Notes: a model not told the origin generated them from the sequence alone. A stretch of 52,477 nt of DNA from Acutalibacteraceae bacterium (GCA_045534095.1 JAZSJA010000002.1:1-52477), one strand, 5' to 3'; positions 27,368 through 35,959 are shown, counted from the stretch's first letter. Program-made: numbers and translations.

Positions 27368-27558
27368 CCATTGCGAAAGCAATGGCATATCATCAGCCGT
27401 TAGGCTGTATATCATCAACAACGGTTGCGCCGTTGTTGTATCTCATCACACCTTTAGGTGTGTATCAAAAATTCTTTCGCAATGATGATATACAAAGCGT
27501 TCCGCTTTGATGATATGCAATTCCTTGCGGAATTGATGATATACACGGCTTCGCCATG
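27368..27558. repeat. Array of seven short hairpins, each flanked by the decamer YATATCATCA, in two inverted blocks (see findings)
   Basis: Plus-orientation units: 27368-27395, 27394-27417, 27416-27448 and 27447-27470 (degenerate flank). Minus-orientation units: 27483-27508, 27508-27535 and 27534-27558. All were read directly from the sequence. Confidence 0.75.
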
Positions 27559-27627
27559 ATTCAAATATGTAGGGGTTTGAACACATAGGTCAAAAAACAA
27601 AAGGGTTCGAATTTGTACAGCCCTTCC

Positions 27628-27667
27628 AAACGAAAATCCGTTCTCGCAAGAGGGCGGATTTTCGTTT
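27628..27667. terminator. Long hairpin with a GCAA tetraloop (on +); plausible terminator for the bofA transcript arriving on the minus strand
   Basis: AAACGAAAATCCGTTCTC-GCAA-GAGGGCGGATTTTCGTTT is about 18 bp including G-U pairs. It lies about 100 nt downstream of the bofA stop on the minus strand. No clean U-tract lies outside the stem. Confidence 0.45.
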
Positions 27668-27763
27668 CCTAAAAAATGGCACCCATGAATAGAGGATAAA
27701 TTGTAGTTTGCATCCTTAGGCTGTAAATAGCAAAGTATATTTGGCATTTGTGCTTTTTTATCT

Positions 27764-28021
27764 TTACATAAATATCACCCTCAAAACCAAAAGACCAATT
27801 GTCCCGGGTAGACCTAATGCGGCGGAGGTGCCTAAGGTATATGAATTTATAGGTATGTAAACACCGCTGAACGTTGCGGTAAGGTCGATAAGTGCAAGTG
27901 CCGATATCCCTAAAAAAGCAAACGTAAAAATGGTTTTAAAGGGTTTTTGTGTTAGTATAGCAAAAAGAAAATATAAAAATCCGTAAAGGGCGCAAAGGCA
28001 AATTATAATAGTTTTAAGCAT
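27764..28021 (-). CDS. bofA: BofA-family pro-sigmaK processing inhibitor (small two-TM protein)
   Basis: 85 aa. YIPINSYTLGTSAALGLPGTIGLLVL aligns with B. subtilis BofA HVPINLVTTAISGILGIPGIAALVV, and size and topology are the same. Confidence 0.8.
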   Translation of the reverse strand: MLKTIIICLCALYGFLYFLFAILTQKPFKTIFTFAFLGISALALIDLTATFSGVYIPINSYTLGTSAALGLPGTIGLLVLRVIFM

Positions 28022-28077
28022 AATAAAAACTCCTTGTTATTCTCATAGAATTTTATGAGAAAACAAGGGGTTTTATG

Positions 28078-29085
28078 TTATTTATAAAGTTTTTGAATTT
28101 GATTTGCTCGGTCGGTAATTTTAGCCTTTAGAGATTCGGGAGATTCCACAAGCATTTTGTCCGAGAACTGCATTATCCATGTTACAAGACCGTCGCTAAT
28201 ACAGGCCTTATGGCTAAATTTAAATCTGTTTTCACCACTTTGACGTATAAAAATGTTATCTCCAAATCTGTCAATAACCTGCTCTAAAATAGCAGTACTG
28301 CAATCAAGCACAATTTCTTCTTCCTTACCGCTAAACATATTAAATACCTTTGCCGAATAATCAGCGGTATTAAATTCTTGGGTGTATTCGCTAACCTCGC
28401 TAAAATGTCTGAAATCCTCATTTGTCAGGGTAACGTTTTTCATTCTGTCCAAACGCAGATGCATAAGATTGTCATACTTTTCGTTATTGCAAACCAAGTA
28501 GTAGTGGTCGTCTGCCCAAATAAGTGCGTAGGGGCTTACAATCATTTTTTTGGTGTTCAAAACGGGGGTACGGCCGTTTTCAAGAGAGTGACGAATATAT
28601 TTAAGGGAGATTTTTTTCTTGTTGGATATTGCCTTATCAATAGCATCAATACTATAATAAATTTCTTCATTATCGCCCTTATTACGGTTATCGATGAAGG
28701 TGCGAGTTGCAAATTTTTCTGCTTGATATTCGTTAAGAAGTCCCTTTAATTTTTTCACAAGTGTGGCGGTTTTTTTGCGGGTTATAAAATCGGCGGCTAA
28801 AACGGCATCGGTAAGGAGTGCTACCTCAGGGGGTTCAAAATCTCTGCTACTTAAAAAATATCCCGATTTTGCACCCCGTACGCTAATAATATCGTATCCA
28901 CTTAAAACAAGGGCTTCAATATCCTCGTATATTGTTTTGCGGTCGCAGGAAATATCCTGCCTTTCTAAAAGGGCGATAAGCTCGCTTGCGTTTAAGGGAT
29001 GATCTTCATCGGTTTTTTGCATTAAAATATTTAAAAGAGCAAAAATTCGTTGCTTTTGATTGCGTTTACCCGACACACTAGTCAC
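28078..29085 (-). CDS. WYL-domain transcriptional regulator (wHTH-WYL-WCX architecture, YafY/BrxR/CapW-like)
   Basis: It has an N-terminal wHTH (RIFALLNILMQKTDEDHPLNASELIALLERQDISCDRKTIYEDIEAL) and a central WYL-type beta-barrel region (VSPYALIWADDHYYLVCNN). The start is either the GTG at 29085 or the GTG at 29076, which is better spaced from GAGG. Confidence 0.8.
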   Translation of the reverse strand: MTSVSGKRNQKQRIFALLNILMQKTDEDHPLNASELIALLERQDISCDRKTIYEDIEALVLSGYDIISVRGAKSGYFLSSRDFEPPEVALLTDAVLAADFITRKKTATLVKKLKGLLNEYQAEKFATRTFIDNRNKGDNEEIYYSIDAIDKAISNKKKISLKYIRHSLENGRTPVLNTKKMIVSPYALIWADDHYYLVCNNEKYDNLMHLRLDRMKNVTLTNEDFRHFSEVSEYTQEFNTADYSAKVFNMFSGKEEEIVLDCSTAILEQVIDRFGDNIFIRQSGENRFKFSHKACISDGLVTWIMQFSDKMLVESPESLKAKITDRANQIQKLYK

Positions 29086-29086
29086 C

Positions 29087-29662
29087 TCATTTATAATTTT
29101 TCATAATTTTTATAATTTCATCTTCGCTTGAGATTTCGCTAAGCACTTTTTTTAGAGTAGCAGGGGAAATGGAGTAGGGGAGATTAAGCTCTTTTAAAAG
29201 ATACTGCCTTCTGAGTAGGCTGTCACTAGTGCCGCTAAGACCTTGTGACATTAAAAAAGCGGTGGTTATGGGCTTTTTATCTTTTTGTGGAGTAGTAGGT
29301 AAAAAACGCTCAAAAGCCCTTAAAATAATATCTTTATCAATACCCTCCACACCAAGAAGTCCCTCGGAAGAGCTTTTGGTTTTGCGTTTTTCTTTGCCCT
29401 TGATTGGGGGCATAAAAATATGGTGAATTTTATCTTCACTGAGTATATTTTTAAGGTAAGAGCGTATAATTGAGCCGGCACTATCACTATCGGTTAAAAC
29501 TATTATTCCCTTTTCGGATAACCGTTTTATAAGTTCAACTTTTTCTTTGTTTTTAAAAATACCAAAGCCATCTGTGGTGAGTATAACCGTATCAAAAATG
29601 GATGAAAGTTTTATTTTATCGTACTTGCCTTCAACAATTATGGGTAAATCAAGTTTTATCAT
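29087..29662 (-). CDS. TOPRIM-domain protein, ribonuclease M5-like (TOPRIM plus DUF4093-type C-terminus)
   Basis: PIIVEGKYDKIKL (TOPRIM Glu) and VLTDSDSAG (DxD). The 191-aa protein overlaps the holA stop by 4 nt (ATGA). Confidence 0.7.
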   Translation of the reverse strand: MIKLDLPIIVEGKYDKIKLSSIFDTVILTTDGFGIFKNKEKVELIKRLSEKGIIVLTDSDSAGSIIRSYLKNILSEDKIHHIFMPPIKGKEKRKTKSSSEGLLGVEGIDKDIILRAFERFLPTTPQKDKKPITTAFLMSQGLSGTSDSLLRRQYLLKELNLPYSISPATLKKVLSEISSEDEIIKIMKNYK

Positions 29663-30717
29663 TTGCCGCTACCTGCCGCGATTTTTAGTATTTTAGTTAT
29701 AAGAATTTCAAGGGCGGTGGCACTGCCGTTTCCGCTAAGCTTGGTGGTGTTTTTAACGGCCGAATCACTTTTAAGAATTTCCTTTAAAATATCACTAATT
29801 TGCTTTTGGTTAAGATATTTACCATCTCTAGCCGCATTGTTTAAAACAAAAATTCGGTTGGTTGGGTATCCAAAATCGGCGGCAATGCTATCGGGCTTTT
29901 TGCCTGCATCCAGTGCTGCTTTTACCCTGAAAATATCCACGTATGCCGAGGAAATAAGGGCGTGAATTTCAACGGGGGAAACACCTGATGCCAATAGATT
30001 GTTAAGGGTGTGGTAAACCCTTTCGGGCTTTTTTTGAAGGATGAATCTTGTGATATCATAAACAGATGCCTCTAAGGTTTTAACGCATATTGCATCAACA
30101 GTTTCCTTTTCAATTGTTCCGTTTTCGGGCACAAAAGCACAAAGCTTCTCAAGTTCGTTAATTAAAATATTCAAATCCGTTCCACATACCGAAATCAAAT
30201 ATTTTGCAACACTAACGTCTAGATTTCTAAGTCTTTTGCCCGCAGATGAGGTGAGGATTTTAGCAAGCTCAGTTTCGGTTTTGTGGTTAAGCTCGCATAC
30301 CACACCGCCACCCTTTTCAACCGATTTCATAAGTTTTTTAAATCGGTCGGATTTTTTTGTGTTTATTGAAAGTACATCATAATATAAAACTAACACATTG
30401 CAGTCGTGTGGGGATTCCACAAGCTCTTGAAGTTCTTTGAAGTTTGCAATAGGGCAGCCCTCAAAATCAAAATTGGAGGCCAAAACACAAATTCGTTCCC
30501 CTGTGAAAGAAAACTGAAAATATCGGTCGTATATATCTTGTAGGGTGCAATTTTCCTGCATTGTGAAAAGGTTGAAATCGGGATTTTGGGGTACCGATTT
30601 TTTGGCAATTAAACTTGCATAGTGTTTGGTGAGATACGGGTCGTTGCCTACAAGTAAATAAACGGGTTTGATGCTGCCGCGTGATACGGTGGCTTTTAAA
30701 TCGTGTTCTTCAATCAA
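29659..30717 (-). CDS. holA: DNA polymerase III delta subunit
   Basis: 352 aa. The N-terminal PVYLLVGNDPYL and the position directly downstream of comEC, as in most Firmicutes, support the call. Confidence 0.85.
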   Translation of the reverse strand: MIEEHDLKATVSRGSIKPVYLLVGNDPYLTKHYASLIAKKSVPQNPDFNLFTMQENCTLQDIYDRYFQFSFTGERICVLASNFDFEGCPIANFKELQELVESPHDCNVLVLYYDVLSINTKKSDRFKKLMKSVEKGGGVVCELNHKTETELAKILTSSAGKRLRNLDVSVAKYLISVCGTDLNILINELEKLCAFVPENGTIEKETVDAICVKTLEASVYDITRFILQKKPERVYHTLNNLLASGVSPVEIHALISSAYVDIFRVKAALDAGKKPDSIAADFGYPTNRIFVLNNAARDGKYLNQKQISDILKEILKSDSAVKNTTKLSGNGSATALEILITKILKIAAGSGK

Positions 30718-30731
30718 AGGTATACCTCCTT

Positions 30732-32936
30732 TTAAAATTTTATGGTAATGGTTTTTTCACCCAGTAGTTCGTACTTAATATGTTGTGAATTAAGGACTTT
30801 AGCGGCACTTGATTTTGCCTCATCTGAGCCGATTACAATGCATCGTGAAATGGTATGATTTAGTTTTTGCTTTAAATTGTTTGAACATATAAAAATAGGG
30901 TTTTTATGTTTCGCATTATTAAATAAAAGATTTACGTCACCGTTTCCCGAATATATAACCAAAGAAAAATCTTTGAAATTTACGGTACATCCAATATGAG
31001 CCTTGGATATTATTTCTGCCTCAGGCATACTCACAGTTGCGGTATCTTCAAATCTGGTGAAGTTTTGGTTAGAGATGTAACTGAGTTTATTAGAATAATT
31101 ATGACCTTCAGGGAATATTACTTTTGAATTTGGATTATTAAAAGCCATTTCAGGGGCACCTGCTGCAAATTGTTTGTTATCAGACGGAAGAATAATATAA
31201 TCAATATCCCTATGGCACATTTTAAATATTTCGGTTTCTATTTTGTGGTAATCGGATGGTGAATCTCCTGCACCAATGGCTAAAATTTGTTTTTCGCTTT
31301 TTAAAAGTACGCAGCATCCTTTTCCAACGTTGGGTATGGCAATTTCCCATTTGGGTGATGCCGTATAAAAGAAAAGTGTGCTGCTTATAGAAACCAGTAC
31401 CAAAATACAAGCGGAAATTTTCAAGGATATTCTTGTGCGATTTTTGGCACTATATTTTTTCGCTAACATCAGTAGCGGAATAATCAAAATAATTAAGAAA
31501 AGGGGAATGAGATACTCGTTAAGTGCGGGTACTGCGGCAAAATCAAGGCTTGCACACAAATCGGTCGCTTTTACTATAAATCTGACAAGGGCGTAAAGAA
31601 TAAATATGGGAAGCAGGGCGAGTGGCTTAAAAAGGTTTGGCATACAAAGAAGAATTACCGCCAAAAAAGCGAAAGAGGTGAGTAGGGTTGAAGCGTAACC
31701 TGTTAAAAGGTTAGCTAGTGGTGAGATTAGAGAGATATAACCTATTCCTAAAATGCAAACGGGCATTGTTGCAAGTATGGCAGAAAGGGTTTGAGAAAAC
31801 GAAAACACCAATGCCTTGGTTATTCTCTTAGGAGTATAAATTTTTGCGATGATATCCATAATAGATTGTTGTAAAATCGGGCAAATAAATAAAAGTCCAA
31901 AGGTGGAAAGTAGTGATAAAAGTAAAGATAGATTGCCAAATCCCAAAGGATTTATGAATAACAAAATTATGGTTGCGATACCCAAGGAGTTAAGAGGATC
32001 CGGTTTTCTAAAAAGCAAATTGCCTATTACAATGATTACGTAGGTGAGGGATGCCCTTAAAACCGATGGAGTAAATCCGCACACTGCGGTAAGTGCGAAT
32101 ATGGCAAAAAGCATTAAAACCTCAGCGGCACCTCTGCGTATTTTAAGCTTGCGAAAAATTTTGCTCAAAATTTGAAAGATTATACCCAAATGCATACCTG
32201 ATACAACCAACATATGGGTGGTACCGGCTAAACGGGAATTGTTTTCAAAATCTCTATCCAAATGGGTTTTATCACCTAAAAGAACGGCCGAGATTACAGC
32301 AGCATCTTCATAATGCATATTTTCAAAAAGAAGATCGTTTATCGATTCTTTTAAGTCGTAAAATATAGCGTAAAATGGTCTGTTTTGACCTAAATGCTCC
32401 TCTAAAGAGAGAATATGACCGCCTGCATAAATTTTATTGGCATAGGATGACGTTTTGTATATATCTAAATCCTTAAAGGATACGTTAAGACGTAATTTAT
32501 CAAACACCTTGGCACCGATTTTGTTTACGTCGGTTAGTCGCAGTTTAAGATTTTGTGGCACCCTTATGGGTTGAGCAGTTTCGTCGGTGATTTTAAGTTT
32601 AATTTGCTCGGTTTCAATTATATAGACGGTATAGTTGTCATATACTGTTGGAAACTCAGAAACAGTTCCTATAATTTCTGCATCATAGCCAACAAGCGGC
32701 TCGGTGGGTTTTATTTTAAAAAGCTGAGTGTGAATGCCCAAAAGGGTAAAGATTAAAACTACACAAAGTAAAAGGGTTAAACCGTACACTTTTATCTTTT
32801 TGTATAGAATAATGCGAAGTGTTAAAAGTATTAAAACTGATAATGCTATAATAATAGAAAAATAGGTTGGAAGATATAAAAGAGTTGCCGATACCGCAAG
32901 TAAACTTAAACCGGTATAAAATAAAACTCTTGCCAT
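30732..32936 (-). CDS. comEC: ComEC/Rec2 DNA-internalisation channel protein with a degenerate C-terminal metallo-beta-lactamase domain
   Basis: 734 aa with an N-terminal DUF4131-type region and a polytopic competence domain (GTTHMLVVSGMHLGI). In the C-terminal domain the expected DVGQGD and HxHxDH motifs read NVGKGC and PSDNKQ. Confidence 0.85.
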   Translation of the reverse strand: MARVLFYTGLSLLAVSATLLYLPTYFSIIIALSVLILLTLRIILYKKIKVYGLTLLLCVVLIFTLLGIHTQLFKIKPTEPLVGYDAEIIGTVSEFPTVYDNYTVYIIETEQIKLKITDETAQPIRVPQNLKLRLTDVNKIGAKVFDKLRLNVSFKDLDIYKTSSYANKIYAGGHILSLEEHLGQNRPFYAIFYDLKESINDLLFENMHYEDAAVISAVLLGDKTHLDRDFENNSRLAGTTHMLVVSGMHLGIIFQILSKIFRKLKIRRGAAEVLMLFAIFALTAVCGFTPSVLRASLTYVIIVIGNLLFRKPDPLNSLGIATIILLFINPLGFGNLSLLLSLLSTFGLLFICPILQQSIMDIIAKIYTPKRITKALVFSFSQTLSAILATMPVCILGIGYISLISPLANLLTGYASTLLTSFAFLAVILLCMPNLFKPLALLPIFILYALVRFIVKATDLCASLDFAAVPALNEYLIPLFLIILIIPLLMLAKKYSAKNRTRISLKISACILVLVSISSTLFFYTASPKWEIAIPNVGKGCCVLLKSEKQILAIGAGDSPSDYHKIETEIFKMCHRDIDYIILPSDNKQFAAGAPEMAFNNPNSKVIFPEGHNYSNKLSYISNQNFTRFEDTATVSMPEAEIISKAHIGCTVNFKDFSLVIYSGNGDVNLLFNNAKHKNPIFICSNNLKQKLNHTISRCIVIGSDEAKSSAAKVLNSQHIKYELLGEKTITIKF

Positions 32937-32975
32937 AATATCTCCAACCTATTAAGTGTTATTGGTTAAAATTTA

Positions 32976-33314
32976 TCAACCGGGAGGCCAAGCTAAATTT
33001 CTTCTTGCCAACAAATGGAAGTGAATATGACCTACAGTTTGACCGCCGTCCTCACCGCAGTTGTTAACAACCCTAAAGCCTTTTTCAAGGTTGTTCTCCT
33101 CTGCGATTTTTGCAATGGCTTCATATATTGCGGCAATATAATGACTGTTATTGGAATTTATATCAGCGGCCGATACAATATGCTCCTTGGGTACCACAAT
33201 AACGTGAAAGGGTGCCTGAGGGTCAATATCGTTAAAGGCGTAAACCTTGTCGTCCTCATAAACCTTAGTGCTGGGAATTTCACCCGCAATTATTTTGCAA
33301 AAAATACAATCCAT
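32976..33314 (-). CDS. HIT-family (histidine triad) nucleotide hydrolase
   Basis: 112 aa with an N-terminal CIFCKI and the histidine triad HIHFHLL. Confidence 0.9.
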   Translation of the reverse strand: MDCIFCKIIAGEIPSTKVYEDDKVYAFNDIDPQAPFHVIVVPKEHIVSAADINSNNSHYIAAIYEAIAKIAEENNLEKGFRVVNNCGEDGGQTVGHIHFHLLARRNLAWPPG

Positions 33315-33331
33315 TATAAAAACCTCCGTTT

Positions 33332-35959
33332 TTATTTTTTAAGATTTGCAACAATTTCTACAACCTTGTCAATGGCTTCGTTAACCTTAGAGGCATCTTT
33401 ACCGCCTGCCATTGCAGAATCGGGCTTACCGCCACCGTTACCACTTGTGATTTTGGCAACCTCACGAACGATGTTACCTGCGTGGCAACCCTTGCTGATT
33501 GCATCCTTACCGCAAGCAGAAACAAAGGTAACCTTCTCACCACTTGAAACGGCAAATACCAAAACAGTATCCTCAAATCTGGATTTTATTGTGTCACAAA
33601 GGGTGCGAACAACGGGAACGTCCATTTGTGTAAGCACTTTTGCAACAACACGAACGTCATCAACCTCAACTGCAGATACCATCATTTCGCTTACCTTTGT
33701 AGCGGCTAATTTGCTCTCGAGTTCAGAGATTTGACGATCTTTTTCTTTAAGCTCTGCAGATAACTGGGCTGCTTTAGCAGTAAGCTCTAAGGGATTTGCA
33801 AGTTTAAGTTCGTTAGCTGCATTTAAAACAAGATTTTTGTAATCATCTAAAAGTTTTAATACGCCTGCACCGGTAACGGCAGTAATTCTTCTTACGCCGG
33901 CGGCAACAGAACTTTCGGAAATGATTTTAAACAAACCAATGGAAGAGGTGTTGGTAACATGTGTACCACCACAAAGCTCAGTAGAAAATCCATCTACTGC
34001 AACAACGCGAACGGTGTCTCCGTATTTTTCGCCAAAGAGAGCCATAGCACCCATTGCCTTAGCCTCTTCAATAGGCATTTCTTTAGTAATTACGGGAGAG
34101 CCCGATAAAATAACCTCATTAACGGTATTTTCAACCTTGGTTAATTCTTCGGGAGTAAGGGCAGAGAAATGTGTAAAGTCAAAACGAACTTCATTGTTAT
34201 TTACAAGCTGACCTGCCTGCTCAACGTGGTCGCCCAAAACCTTTCTGAGAGCGGCTTGAAGCAGGTGAGCAGAGGTGTGATTTCTGCAGGTTGCAGAGCG
34301 GTTTTCAACGTTAACCTCAGCAAAAATAACATCACCTGTATTGGCAGAGCCGGATACAAGTTCGCCGCTATGGAGGAAAATGCCGTTTCCGTTTTTGCTA
34401 ACACCGGTTACGTTAAATACAAAGGTACCGGAACGAATAACACCGCAGTCACCAACCTGACCGCCGCTTTCGGCGTAGAAAGGAGTGACATCTAAAACCA
34501 AGGTGGCTTTTACTCCGTTAGAGATTGAAGAAACAAGCTCGCCTTCGCTGATAATAGCAGTGATATTAGATGTAGACATAAGCTTAGAATAACCAACGAA
34601 TTCAGTAGCAGCAATGCCCTCTAAAATGGCGTCGTCGCCTTTCCAGGCATTGGTGTCTGAGTCTTTTCTTGCTTTTCTTGCTCTGTCTTTTTGTTCTTGC
34701 ATAAGCTTTTTAAAGCCTTCAACATCAACAGAGATGCCCTTTTCCTCTAAAATATCGCAGGTGAGATCAAGGGGGAAGCCGTAGGTATCGTTAAGTTTAA
34801 ATGCCTCTTCGCCGGAAAGAACCTTTTCACCTGAGGCGATGAAATCGTTAAGACGAGTAAGGCCTTGGTCAATAGTTTTAAGGAAGTTTTCTTCCTCGCG
34901 ACCTACAACCATTTTAATGTGAGCCATTTTTGTTTTAAGCTCAGGGTATGCGTTACCGCTCTCGCCAACAACTGTATCAATAAGTTCAACAAGGAAAGGA
35001 CGGTCAATACCAAGGAGTCTGCCGTGGCGAGCAGCTCTTCTGAGAAGTCTGCGAAGAACGTAACCTCTGCCTTCGTTAGAGGGCATAACGCCATCAGCAA
35101 TCATAAAGCTTGTAGAACGTATATGGTCGGTGATAACACGCATAGAAACGTCAGATTTTTCGTCAGTTTTATACTCTGTACCGCATATTTTAGAAAGGTG
35201 CTTCATTATGTTTTGAATGGTGTCAACCTCAAAAATATTATCAACGCCCTGAGAAATACAAGCCAAACGCTCAAGGCCCATACCGGTATCAATGTTGGGA
35301 TGCTCAAGGGGAGTGTAGTTGCCATTTCCGTCGGAATCAAATTGAGTAAACACCAAGTTCCAGAACTCAACGTAGCGGTCGCACTCACAACCAATTGCAC
35401 AGTCGGGCTTACCGCAACCATATTTTTCGCCGCGGTCGTAGTGAAGCTCGGAACAAGGACCGCAAGGACCGGTACCATGCTCCCAGAAATTATCCTCTTT
35501 TCCCATACGAACAATGCGGTCGGGTGCAACGCCAACCTCTTTAGTCCATATGTCAAAGGCTTCATCATCATCTTGATAAATGGTAACCCAAAGCTTATCT
35601 ACAGGCATTTCTAAAACCTTGGTGCAGAACTCCCAAGCCCAGGCGGTTGCTTCATGTTTGAAGTAATCGCCAAAGGAGAAGTTACCAAGCATTTCGAAAA
35701 AAGTACCGTGACGAGCGGTTTTACCAACGCTTTCAATATCGGGGGTACGAATACATTTTTGGCAGGTGGTTACCCTTTTTTTAGGGGGAGTAACCTCGCC
35801 TGTGAAATACTTTTTCATAGGAGCCATACCCGAGTTGATAAGTAATAAAGATTTGTCATTGTTGGGTACTAAAGAAAAGCTGTCAAGACGCAAATGCTCC
35901 TTGCTCTCATAAAAGGAAAGATACTTTTCTCTAAGTGTGTTAAGTGACATCCATTCCAT
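33332..35959 (-). CDS. alaS: Alanine--tRNA ligase
   Basis: Class II core motifs (RFDFTHF region, HTSAHLL editing HxxxH, CGGTHV) and a C-terminal DHHA1 domain with GGGKPD. The start is set at the ATG 35959 (MEWMSLNTLREKYL), 7 nt after GAGGTG. The track's 36028 start lies within the promoter -35 box. Confidence 0.95.
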   Translation of the reverse strand: MEWMSLNTLREKYLSFYESKEHLRLDSFSLVPNNDKSLLLINSGMAPMKKYFTGEVTPPKKRVTTCQKCIRTPDIESVGKTARHGTFFEMLGNFSFGDYFKHEATAWAWEFCTKVLEMPVDKLWVTIYQDDDEAFDIWTKEVGVAPDRIVRMGKEDNFWEHGTGPCGPCSELHYDRGEKYGCGKPDCAIGCECDRYVEFWNLVFTQFDSDGNGNYTPLEHPNIDTGMGLERLACISQGVDNIFEVDTIQNIMKHLSKICGTEYKTDEKSDVSMRVITDHIRSTSFMIADGVMPSNEGRGYVLRRLLRRAARHGRLLGIDRPFLVELIDTVVGESGNAYPELKTKMAHIKMVVGREEENFLKTIDQGLTRLNDFIASGEKVLSGEEAFKLNDTYGFPLDLTCDILEEKGISVDVEGFKKLMQEQKDRARKARKDSDTNAWKGDDAILEGIAATEFVGYSKLMSTSNITAIISEGELVSSISNGVKATLVLDVTPFYAESGGQVGDCGVIRSGTFVFNVTGVSKNGNGIFLHSGELVSGSANTGDVIFAEVNVENRSATCRNHTSAHLLQAALRKVLGDHVEQAGQLVNNNEVRFDFTHFSALTPEELTKVENTVNEVILSGSPVITKEMPIEEAKAMGAMALFGEKYGDTVRVVAVDGFSTELCGGTHVTNTSSIGLFKIISESSVAAGVRRITAVTGAGVLKLLDDYKNLVLNAANELKLANPLELTAKAAQLSAELKEKDRQISELESKLAATKVSEMMVSAVEVDDVRVVAKVLTQMDVPVVRTLCDTIKSRFEDTVLVFAVSSGEKVTFVSACGKDAISKGCHAGNIVREVAKITSGNGGGKPDSAMAGGKDASKVNEAIDKVVEIVANLKK

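Noticed and set aside
27368-27558. Possible CRISPR array
   Set aside because: The conserved element is only 10 nt, the variable parts are themselves palindromes of 14-23 nt, the orientation flips mid-array, and no cas genes are present. None of this fits CRISPR architecture.
27454-27747. 97-aa minus-strand ORF spanning the tRNA-bofA spacer
   Set aside because: It has no RBS. It runs straight through the inverted hairpin/decamer units and the long GCAA hairpin, and its sequence is low-complexity translation of the repeats. I treat the region as non-coding.
33015-35614. Large plus-strand ORFs (239 aa at 33015-33734, 249 aa at 34865-35614, and others) antisense to the HIT gene and alaS
   Set aside because: These are shadow ORFs inside a highly confident, motif-rich minus-strand gene. 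They have no RBS, and their translation is low-complexity and compositionally biased.
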